Assembly (NCBI GenBank): GCA_964642155.1
Contig: CAZXNT010000003.1
Coordinates: 899-64,898, forward strand
Direction of reading: 5' to 3'
Length of the DNA stretch: 64,000 bases
DNA from: an uncultured Candidatus Saccharibacteria bacterium
GTDB lineage: Bacteria > Patescibacteriota > Minisyncoccia > UBA6257 > UBA9933
The notes below the pieces were generated by a model. That model was not told the DNA's origin. It did no database searches and was given only the letters and a program-made list of their open reading frames with translations. The position numbers and the translations under genes were made by a program. Positions 1 through 7,837 of this stretch are shown here, in pieces; within the stretch, counting starts at the first letter, position 1, and each line of letters starts with the position of its first letter.

Positions 1-12
1 CCGCATAAGTCC

Positions 13-543
13 GTGTTAAGTCCGCGTAAGTCTGCGTTTATAGCCACAATAGAATTCTTTCCGGAAGAAGGAAAATACCATTATGACGGCCATCTTGATT
101 GTAAAATTTATCTGTCGCCGACAGAAACGAAAAAATATAACGGCATCTGCCCGAAATGCGGAAAAAAATTGACAATCGGCGTAATGAATCGGGTTGATGA
201 ACTGGCTGACAGGGAAATCGGCAAAGATTTCATCCCCTATCGCAATCTTATTCCACTGGGAGAAATAATCGCCGAAGCGTTCGGCGTCGGTGAAAATACG
301 AAACAAGTCAAAAAAGAATACGAAAAATTAATAAAAACTTTCGGCAATGAATTGAAAATTCTGATGGAAACCGGAGAAAATGAATTAAAATCCGTCGCCG
401 ACCCAGCCGTAACCGAAGGCATAAAAAGAGTCCGCGAAGGCAAAGTCAAAATCCGGCCGGGCTATGATGGAGAATACGGAGAAATAAAAATTTTTACTGA
501 TGAAGAAAGAAAAGAAATTAAAAACCAAGGAAGTTTGTTTTAA
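13..543 (+). CDS. PHP-domain / Zn-ribbon protein, endonuclease Q-like (COG1379); C-terminal part, 5' end outside window
   Basis: ORF open to the window edge. CPKCGKK zinc-ribbon motif and GYDGEYGEIKIF tail recalled from the EndoQ-like family. Assignment is from memory only. Confidence 0.4.
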   Translation: MLSPRKSAFIATIEFFPEEGKYHYDGHLDCKIYLSPTETKKYNGICPKCGKKLTIGVMNRVDELADREIGKDFIPYRNLIPLGEIIAEAFGVGENTKQVKKEYEKLIKTFGNELKILMETGENELKSVADPAVTEGIKRVREGKVKIRPGYDGEYGEIKIFTDEERKEIKNQGSLF

Positions 544-2318
544 ACCTCAATCAACACCGGTAAAATCATTGGACGGCGTTTGGTTTTATTGTAGAGAAAC
601 TGGCCGATTTGATCGCGCATCATTCCTTTAATGTAATCCGCGTCCATTTGCTGTTGCCGCGGAATGCGGGAAATCATAAGTCTGATTTTTTTTCGCAAAT
701 CTTCAACAAGCTCCTTATTCTCTTTGAGATAAATGAAACCGCGGGAAATAATGTCCGGGTTTTTTAAAAAATGACCCGTGCGACGGTCCAAAGTGGCGAT
801 TATTACCACCATTCCTTCTTGCGCCAAAGCTCTTCTGTCGCGTAAAACCACTTCTCCGACATCGCCCACCCCCAATCCATCAACCATTACATAATAAGCC
901 TGCACTGTTTCTTCGGAAATTCGCGCCGCATTTTTTGACAATAATAAAATTTGACCGTTATCAATAATCGGAGTTTCTTCCGGCTTTAATTTTAATGACT
1001 CTTGCGCTAATTGAGCATTGCGCCACCTCATAAAATAATAGCCGTGGACCGGAGTATAAAATTTCGGCTTTACCATTTTCATCGCAATTTTAAGGTCTTC
1101 TTGAGGCGCGTGCCCACTAGAATGAATATCAACCATCCTTGAGTGATAAATTATTCCTCCTTGCCTAGCAATATCATCTAAAAGAATTTGAACGCTTCTT
1201 TCGTTTCCGGGAATAACTGATGAAGACAAAATTACCGTGTCTCCTTTTTTAATCTGGATCTGGCGATGTTCACCATTGATAATGCGCATCAAACTGGCAT
1301 TCGGCTCTCCTTGCGCGCCGGTGCACAATACGACAATTTTATCGTCGCGATATTTATTAATTTCTTCCAAGGGCGCGATAGTTTCTTTTTTAATTTTCAT
1401 ATATCCGAGGTTTTGGGCAATTTGAATATTGGCTTTCATTGAAAATCCGCTGATAAAAATTTTTCTGTTATGTTTTTCCGCGATTTTAATAATTTCTCCA
1501 AGCCTGTCCAAAAGAGAAGCAAATGTGGCAACAAAAATTCTGCCCTCAGCTTTTTTGAAAATTTTTTCTATTTCCGCTTCCACAACGCGCTCAGAAAGAG
1601 AATGTCCCTCCTTGTCAGCTCCGGTTGACTCAAGTAAAAGCGTATGAATTTTTTGCTTTCCAATTTTTTCCCAAGTATCCAAATTTTGAGGATTTCCTTC
1701 AATATCATAATCAATTCTAAAATCTCCGGGATGAACCATTTTGCCGACCGGCGTATCTAAAATCACGCCGATGCTATCGGGAATTGTATGCGCGGTGCTA
1801 AAAAATTCCACCTTGAAATTTTCCGATAATTGCCTGGTTTCGCCGTCTTTCACTATTTCAAAATTCAATTTCGGAGCATTTTGAAATTCTTCCTGCCGGC
1901 GATTAAGCATTTCCTTGTTAAGCATAGTGGTGTAAATCGGCGGATTGCCAATCTTTTCCATTATGTAAGGAACGGCGCCGATGTGGTCCAAATGGCCGTG
2001 AGTGATAATTAAAGCCCTAATATTTTTTTTCTTGCTTTCAAGATAAGAAGTATTGGGGATAATAAAATCAATGCCCGGAGTCGTTTCTTCCGGAAATTGC
2101 AAACCGGCGTCAATAATGACAATTTCATCGCCATATTCAAAAAACATCATATTACGGCCGATTTCTTCTAAGCCGCCCAAAGCCGCGAATTTAACCGTTG
2201 GCTCGGAATCAATTTTAGAGTCAATTTTGAAAGCTGGCTTAATAGGCCTCGCAAAAGAAGACCTTCTTGTTCTCGGCTCATAAGGCCGCTTTGTTTTTAT
2301 ATTGGTATTTGTTCTCAT
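540..2318 (-). CDS. rnj: ribonuclease J (metallo-beta-lactamase / beta-CASP RNase)
   Basis: HGHLDHIG MBL motif and beta-CASP region. The track ORF extends to 2381 but overlaps the tRNA. The internal Met (MRTNTNIK) at 2318 is the likely start. Confidence 0.85.
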   Translation of the reverse strand: MRTNTNIKTKRPYEPRTRRSSFARPIKPAFKIDSKIDSEPTVKFAALGGLEEIGRNMMFFEYGDEIVIIDAGLQFPEETTPGIDFIIPNTSYLESKKKNIRALIITHGHLDHIGAVPYIMEKIGNPPIYTTMLNKEMLNRRQEEFQNAPKLNFEIVKDGETRQLSENFKVEFFSTAHTIPDSIGVILDTPVGKMVHPGDFRIDYDIEGNPQNLDTWEKIGKQKIHTLLLESTGADKEGHSLSERVVEAEIEKIFKKAEGRIFVATFASLLDRLGEIIKIAEKHNRKIFISGFSMKANIQIAQNLGYMKIKKETIAPLEEINKYRDDKIVVLCTGAQGEPNASLMRIINGEHRQIQIKKGDTVILSSSVIPGNERSVQILLDDIARQGGIIYHSRMVDIHSSGHAPQEDLKIAMKMVKPKFYTPVHGYYFMRWRNAQLAQESLKLKPEETPIIDNGQILLLSKNAARISEETVQAYYVMVDGLGVGDVGEVVLRDRRALAQEGMVVIIATLDRRTGHFLKNPDIISRGFIYLKENKELVEDLRKKIRLMISRIPRQQQMDADYIKGMMRDQIGQFLYNKTKRRPMILPVLIEV

Positions 2319-2338
2319 AATAAATAAATTTTTATTTG

Positions 2339-2422
2339 TGCCCCCGAGAGGATTTGAACCCCTACGACCTTGCGGCCACACGCCCCTGAAGCGCGCGCGT
2401 CTGCCAATTCCGCCACGGGGGC
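2339..2422 (-). tRNA. tRNA-Leu (anticodon CAG), type II with long variable arm
   Basis: Manual cloverleaf. Acceptor GCCCCCG/CGGGGGC, anticodon stem CGCGC/GCGTG with loop TTCAGGG (CAG, G37), variable arm GGCC-GCAA-GGTC, T loop TTCAAAT, discriminator A. Confidence 0.85.
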
Positions 2423-2428
2423 AAATAT

Positions 2429-4117
2429 TTACTTAAACGCCCTTGTTGTTTCCACATACCATTTTTCAATATTGTTAAAACGGTCGCTGGAGAATGAAAT
2501 AAATTTTTCCTCCGGTGTTAAAGAATCAAATCTGTAAAATTTCTTTTTTCCGACATAAATGTAGTCCGGCGAATAAAGAAAAACGGCCGGATAATCCGAA
2601 GCAATCAACGATTGCAGTTTTCCCAAATCAGCGGAGCGTTTGTCATCGTTAAAATTTTCTCTTATTGATTCTATTAGTTTATCAGCTGTTTTATTTTCGT
2701 AAAGCGATAAATTAAGTCCGGGATAAAATTTTTCCGAAGAATGCCAAAATGAATATAAATCCGGGCTCTTGCCGAGAATATTTCCGAAAATAATCATTTG
2801 ATAATCTCTGGTTTTTATAATTTCATTGTTAATTTCTGATAAAGAAAGAATTGAAATATTGGCTTTCACGCCAACTTTCTCCCATTCTTGTTTTATCAAT
2901 TCGGCGGTATCAACTAAAATCTGGATTTGCGGAACAACCAGCGAAAATTCCATTTTTACCACTTCTTTGCCGATTGTTTTTTGCCTTATCCCATCTTCAT
3001 TTAACAGCCAACCGCTATCATCAAGAATTTTACCTGCCCCGTAGCCACCGCTCTGGCGAAGTGCTTCGGAGTTGGCTTCGTCAATGGAAGACGAATAAGA
3101 GTTGCTATTTTTCTTGGTTAACGGTCCCGAAATAATTGTCGCGTAACCGCTAAAAATATTTTTAACTAATTCTTCTTTATTAATTGCCAAATCTAAAGCC
3201 ATTCTAACATTTTCTTCTTTAAAAGCCGGATGAGAATAATGGTTGAAGAAAACAGCGTAATATTTCAGTGTCTTAAAAGAAAAAATTTGATGGGGAGAAA
3301 TGATTTTTTCAACATTACGACTATTAACCAACCCAAAGCCGTCAATTTCACCGTTATTAAAAGCGCTGATAATTTCATCTTCGCCAGTGTAAAAAATAAT
3401 TTTTATTTTTTTCAAATAAGGCTTATCGCCGGAATAATTATCATTGCGTTCTAAAATATAAGAATCAATAAAGCCGTCCGATTGTTTTTTAAAGCTTAAA
3501 ATTTTATACGGTCCGCTGCCAACTGGATTAATATTATAATCCGATAATTTTAAATTGGCTGCCGGAATTTTCGCGAAAATATGTTTCGGTATCGGCCTTA
3601 AATCCTCCAAGGCATTCTTGAAAAAAACGTAAGCGGTCGGCAATTTGAATTCAATTTCTCTTTCGCTTACTCTTTCAACTTTGACTCCTTGCCAATTTTG
3701 TAAAATCGGAGAATAAACATCCTGATTTTGAATGTTTTCTATGGTAAAAATAATGTCATCACTGGTGATTTTTTCGCCATCCTGCCACTTAACGCCTTCT
3801 TTTAAACGATACCGCCAAATTTTCCCGTTATTTTCAACTTTATAATTTTCCGCCAATTGACCAAGGTCGCTGAAAATCAATTTTATCAAATCACGGTCAA
3901 CGTCTCCGCTCGCCAAAACCGGATTAATAAAACTCGGCTGACCGACAATGCCTTCATTATAATTTCCGCCACTAACGGCAGTTATCTTGGTTTTTTGAAT
4001 AACAAACTCCGCCAATGCTAATGAAAATGAAATTATAAAAATTCCGGCGGCAACCAAAAAAATCAAAAGTTCTTTCCGGGAAAAAGATTTAAATAGACGA
4101 ACAAAAAAATGAATCAT
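2429..4117 (-). CDS. ABC transporter substrate-binding protein, family 5 (peptide/nickel type)
   Basis: N-terminal TM/signal helix, PVGSGPYK-like family-5 SBP signature, length ~560 aa. Confidence 0.75.
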   Translation of the reverse strand: MIHFFVRLFKSFSRKELLIFLVAAGIFIISFSLALAEFVIQKTKITAVSGGNYNEGIVGQPSFINPVLASGDVDRDLIKLIFSDLGQLAENYKVENNGKIWRYRLKEGVKWQDGEKITSDDIIFTIENIQNQDVYSPILQNWQGVKVERVSEREIEFKLPTAYVFFKNALEDLRPIPKHIFAKIPAANLKLSDYNINPVGSGPYKILSFKKQSDGFIDSYILERNDNYSGDKPYLKKIKIIFYTGEDEIISAFNNGEIDGFGLVNSRNVEKIISPHQIFSFKTLKYYAVFFNHYSHPAFKEENVRMALDLAINKEELVKNIFSGYATIISGPLTKKNSNSYSSSIDEANSEALRQSGGYGAGKILDDSGWLLNEDGIRQKTIGKEVVKMEFSLVVPQIQILVDTAELIKQEWEKVGVKANISILSLSEINNEIIKTRDYQMIIFGNILGKSPDLYSFWHSSEKFYPGLNLSLYENKTADKLIESIRENFNDDKRSADLGKLQSLIASDYPAVFLYSPDYIYVGKKKFYRFDSLTPEEKFISFSSDRFNNIEKWYVETTRAFK

Positions 4118-4173
4118 AATAAAAGTTTGAAAGCCAATAAGCTAATAAGCTTAAAAGCTAAAAAATGTATCGC

Positions 4174-4389
4174 TTATTTAAGGTAGATATTTAATAAAGA
4201 CAATGTCACAAGAGCAATGATAAAAAAAATCGTGGCGCCGAAAATTAATTTTTCCAAGCCACGGCGCGTTTGATAAAATCCTTCCTCTCCACCACCAAAA
4301 ACTCCGGAAAGACCAGAACTGCGTTCCTGAAGAAGAATTAAAACAATTAAAATAATGGATATGACTATTTGGGCTATTGAGATATACAT
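4174..4389 (-). CDS. secG: preprotein translocase subunit SecG
   Basis: 71 aa, two TM helices, LLQ..SSGLSGVFGGG motif. Confidence 0.7.
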   Translation of the reverse strand: MYISIAQIVISIILIVLILLQERSSGLSGVFGGGEEGFYQTRRGLEKLIFGATIFFIIALVTLSLLNIYLK

Positions 4390-4392
4390 AAT

Positions 4393-4755
4393 TTAAACAA
4401 AACGTTTCCCTACAAAACCTAATATAAAATGAGCAACGCTTATTACAATAGTAGCATATAAAAGAGGCGTTATTCCATTAATAATAACGCTGTCAGAAAT
4501 AAAGTCAAGGAAATAAAGCATAGCAGCATTGACAAAAATTAATCCCAGCCCTAGTGTGATAATAATAAAAGGGCTTAAAACAAGCTTTATAATTGGCTTA
4601 ATAAAAATATTTATTAAAGTGAAGATGGCGGCAACAATAGAAAATTCAATCCAACCGGCCGAGATTTCAAAGCCGTCAACAAAATAAGCCACTGCGTAAA
4701 GCGCCAATGCGTTAAATAAAAACAAAAACAGTATTTTAATTGCTAATTTTGACAT
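4393..4755 (-). CDS. DUF360 / phage-holin-family-IV-like 4-TM membrane protein
   Basis: 120 aa, four hydrophobic helices, YvlD-like pattern. Confidence 0.5.
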   Translation of the reverse strand: MSKLAIKILFLFLFNALALYAVAYFVDGFEISAGWIEFSIVAAIFTLINIFIKPIIKLVLSPFIIITLGLGLIFVNAAMLYFLDFISDSVIINGITPLLYATIVISVAHFILGFVGKRFV

Positions 4756-4861
4756 AGAAGTTATCCACAGGCTTATAGCTGTTATTTTATCTATTTTAAA
4801 CTTATAATATAGATAGGTAAGAAATTTAAAAGGTCGGTTTAATTAATAATAACACAATCTA

Positions 4862-5539
4862 ATGATAATTCAAAATCTAACAGATGCAACAATAAGTTCA
4901 ATTTTTAGCGTTTGGGTTGGCGTTATCAGTTTTATTCCGTCATTAATCGGAGCGATAATAGTTTTGATTATCGGCATGATTATAGCTTCTGCCCTAAAAA
5001 CGTTAGTTGAGAAAATTTTGGACGCCGTTAAATTGGACGGCTTACTTCGCAAACTTGAGATAGAAAAATATCTTCAACGCGCTAATGTTTCTCTCAATTC
5101 AGGAAAATTTTTCGGCGCTTTGGTATATTGGTTTTTCGTGATTGTCTTTATTTTAGTAGCGGCCGATATTTTGAAATTGGAAGGTCTTTCTCAATTCTTG
5201 AGTCAAGTTGTTCTATACGCGCCGAATATTATTCTTGCGGCTTTGATAATGTTGGCAACAATTGTTGTGGCCAATTTTCTCAGGTCATTGGTTAAAGTTT
5301 CGGTATCCGGAGCAAAACTTCACGCTTCCAAATTTTTGGGAACGGCAACTTGGTGGGCTACGATAATTTTTGGTCTTTTGGCGGCCTTGATTCAACTTGG
5401 CATCGCCCCGGCACTCTTGAATACGATAATCACCGGCATAGTGGCAATGTTTGCCATCGCCGGCGGCATCGCTTTCGGATTAGGAGGAAAAGATTACGCT
5501 GCTTATCTTGTTAATAAATTGAAAGAAAGAACTGAATAA
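4862..5539 (+). CDS. membrane protein with two conserved TM-helix repeats (MscS-related small channel-like)
   Basis: 225 aa. Duplicated hydrophobic helix followed by a charged segment. Sits between a terminator and a leaderless-style start. Confidence 0.5.
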   Translation: MIIQNLTDATISSIFSVWVGVISFIPSLIGAIIVLIIGMIIASALKTLVEKILDAVKLDGLLRKLEIEKYLQRANVSLNSGKFFGALVYWFFVIVFILVAADILKLEGLSQFLSQVVLYAPNIILAALIMLATIVVANFLRSLVKVSVSGAKLHASKFLGTATWWATIIFGLLAALIQLGIAPALLNTIITGIVAMFAIAGGIAFGLGGKDYAAYLVNKLKERTE

Positions 5540-5553
5540 AAAACAGTTCAACT

Positions 5554-5580
5554 AAAAACTCCCTTAATGGGAGTTTTTAG
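5554..5580 (+). terminator. rho-independent terminator
   Basis: aaaaactccc-ttaa-gggagttttt hairpin with T tail just after the stop at 5539. Confidence 0.6.
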
Positions 5581-5582
5581 TT

Positions 5583-5680
5583 GCTTGCAAAGCAGAAAAT
5601 TTTTTTCTGAAACCTAAACGAAAGCGCAGCCCCGCTAAGCGGGGCGTGAGCGGGTTGAATAAAAAAATTTCTGCTTTGCA
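5583..5680. repeat. copy 1 of a repeated structured element (candidate ncRNA)
   Basis: Outer stem gcaaagcagaaaattttttt / aaaaaaatttctgctttgc enclosing a conserved core (CTGAAACCTAAACGAAAGCGCAGCC ... GCGTGAGCGGGTTGAA) and an inner hairpin ccccgctaagcgggg. Second copy at ~22950. Confidence 0.4.
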
Positions 5681-5683
5681 AAA

Positions 5684-7426
5684 CTATTTAAAAAATTCCA
5701 ATAATTTCTCAAGGGGTTGAGTATTGATAATATCCCCTTTTTCCGCCCAACCGCGGCGAGCTTGGCTCACGCCATATTCCATAAAATCCATTTGTTCTTC
5801 GCGATGGCTGTCAGTATTAATAATCATTTTCACGCCCATTTGTTTGGCTTTTCTGATATTCGCGTCTTTCAAATCCAACCTATACGGACTGGCGTTAATT
5901 TCCAAAATCGTGCCGGTTTCTTTCGCGGCTTTTAAAATTTTATCAAAATCAATTTCATATTCTTCGCGCCTTTGCAAAATTCTACCGGTTGGATGCGCAA
6001 TAATGTCAACATTCGGATTTTCCATCGCTTTAATAATTCTTTCAGTCATTTTCGCCTTGGGCATTTTCATTTGAGAATGAACTCCCACAATAACATAATC
6101 AAGTTTTGCCAACGCATTGTCGCTAATGTCAATGAAACCGTCCGCCATTATGTTCGCTTCGCAACCGCACAAAATTTTCAATTTACAATTTTCAATTTTC
6201 AATTTCTGATTTAATTTATCAATATATTTTTTCTGTTCCGCTAATTGCTTTTCATCTAATCCATATTCAATCGCCAAAAATTTTGTATGGTCGGAAATTC
6301 CGATATATTCATAACCGCGCTCCATCGCCAATTCCGCATATCGCTTAATTATTTGCAAACCCGCTTCTTTTCCTTCACCCCAATGCGAATGACAATGCAA
6401 GTCGCCTTTTATGTCTTTATAATCAACGAGTTTTGGAATTTTACCCGCAAGAGCCGTTTCAATTTCTCTTTGATTTTCCCGCATTTCCGGCGGAATCCAT
6501 TGAAGTCCTAATTTTTCATAAATTTTTTTTTCGGTCTCGCCGGCAATCATTTTTGAATTGCGAAACAAACCGTATTCCGACAATTTTAATCCTTTTTTAA
6601 TGGCGATTTTTCGCAAAACAATATTATGTTCTTTTGAACCGGTAAAATATTGCAAAGCCGAACCAAAACTTTCTTTTTTCAAAACCCGCAAATCAATATC
6701 AAATCCGTCTTCCAAACGGACAGACGCTTTAGTCGGTCCCTTGCCCCAAATTTTCACGACGCCCGGCAAAGAAACAAAATAATCAATAACCGCCTTGGGT
6801 TTTGAAGAAATAACTAAAATATCGGCGTCGCCGATTGTTTCTTTCCTGCGGCGAAACGAACCGGCTTCGGAAACAAATTCCGTTTCTTTAAGATTCGCCA
6901 ATCCGGCCATAATTTTCCTGACTTTCGGCAAAATATGCCCCAATAAAAATCTACCCGCGCTTCTTTTTAAAAATTCAATGCCTTCTAAAATATTTTTTTC
7001 TGTTTTTTCGCCAAAACCTGATAATGAAGCGATTTTATGTTTTTTCGCCGCGTTTTCCAAATCGCGCAGATTTTTAATCTTTAATTTTTGATATAAAATT
7101 TTTATTTTCTTCGGACCCAATCCTTCAACTCCCAGCAGTTCTTCAATATCAACCGGCGTTTTCTTTTTGAGAGCTATGAGTTCTTTGATTTTTCCGGTTT
7201 TCAAATATTCCTCAATTTTAAAAGCAATGCCCCTGCCAACGCCGGGTATTCCCATCAGCGCTTTTAACCCGCCTTTATTGTAAATATTTTTCACATCCTC
7301 ACTTAGGGCCTCCAAATTAACCGCCACTTTTTTAAAAGCGATTGATTTGAAAGGAACCACACTTCCTTCCATGTCCAAATAATTGACGATTTCGTAGAAT
7401 ATTTTAGCAAGTTCTTGATTGATCAC
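5684..7426 (-). CDS. polX: DNA polymerase X family protein with C-terminal PHP phosphoesterase domain
   Basis: HhH GIPGVGRGIA, pol-beta-like palm, PHP HCHSHWGEG. GTG start at 7426 is proposed because the upstream MRTFPPPFFFEF stretch is just the reverse complement of a plus-strand Shine-Dalgarno. Confidence 0.8.
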   Translation of the reverse strand: MINQELAKIFYEIVNYLDMEGSVVPFKSIAFKKVAVNLEALSEDVKNIYNKGGLKALMGIPGVGRGIAFKIEEYLKTGKIKELIALKKKTPVDIEELLGVEGLGPKKIKILYQKLKIKNLRDLENAAKKHKIASLSGFGEKTEKNILEGIEFLKRSAGRFLLGHILPKVRKIMAGLANLKETEFVSEAGSFRRRKETIGDADILVISSKPKAVIDYFVSLPGVVKIWGKGPTKASVRLEDGFDIDLRVLKKESFGSALQYFTGSKEHNIVLRKIAIKKGLKLSEYGLFRNSKMIAGETEKKIYEKLGLQWIPPEMRENQREIETALAGKIPKLVDYKDIKGDLHCHSHWGEGKEAGLQIIKRYAELAMERGYEYIGISDHTKFLAIEYGLDEKQLAEQKKYIDKLNQKLKIENCKLKILCGCEANIMADGFIDISDNALAKLDYVIVGVHSQMKMPKAKMTERIIKAMENPNVDIIAHPTGRILQRREEYEIDFDKILKAAKETGTILEINASPYRLDLKDANIRKAKQMGVKMIINTDSHREEQMDFMEYGVSQARRGWAEKGDIINTQPLEKLLEFFK

Positions 7427-7500
7427 AAAGTTTAATATATCATAAAATTTAGAAGCTTTAAAATAAAATAGGGGAAACTCAAAAAAGAAAGGAGGGGGAA

Positions 7501-7773
7501 ATGTTCTCAAAAAATAAGTTAGAAAACGTCATCGTCGCTTATGATGACAAAAAAAAGTGCCCTGTATTCTTTGGATCTAAAAAAGGAAAGTTGGGACGCC
7601 GTAGCCTGGGAGATATTATCTGTTTTGAGAGTTCAGATCTTCTCAGGATTAATAACGTCTTAGACTTTGTAATTTTTGTTCATTTCTTGTTGAATATTTC
7701 TTCTGGACTACACGCCAAAGAATTCTACTGTAGTTCTGCAGGTTACGAAAATGCCTATCTTTTTTATAAGTAA
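7501..7773 (+). CDS. small hypothetical protein (90 aa)
   Basis: Strong SD AAAGGAGGGGGAA 5 nt before the ATG. Followed by the hairpin terminator at 7802. No recognisable domain. Confidence 0.4.
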   Translation: MFSKNKLENVIVAYDDKKKCPVFFGSKKGKLGRRSLGDIICFESSDLLRINNVLDFVIFVHFLLNISSGLHAKEFYCSSAGYENAYLFYK

Positions 7774-7801
7774 GGCAAAACGCCTCGCCAAACAGACCGC
7801 C

Positions 7802-7837
7802 AGCCCTGATCACTTGCATATCAGGGCTTTTTATTTT
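7802..7837 (+). terminator. rho-independent terminator
   Basis: agccctgat-cacttgcat-atcagggct followed by tttttatttt. Confidence 0.55.

Noticed and set aside
540-2381. Full-length track ORF for RNase J
   Set aside because: Its 5' 63 nt overlap tRNA-Leu on the same strand, so the internal Met at 2318 was used.
2339-2422. Possibility that the tRNA is a UGA/UAA suppressor explaining the in-frame stops
   Set aside because: The best cloverleaf gives anticodon CAG (Leu) with a 5-bp anticodon stem. The alternative register that would read UCA leaves a G-G mismatch in the stem.
5583-5680. MITE interpretation of the repeated hairpin element
   Set aside because: The terminal inverted repeats differ between copies yet remain complementary, and the inner hairpins are unrelated. 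That pattern fits RNA structure conservation, not transposon TIRs.
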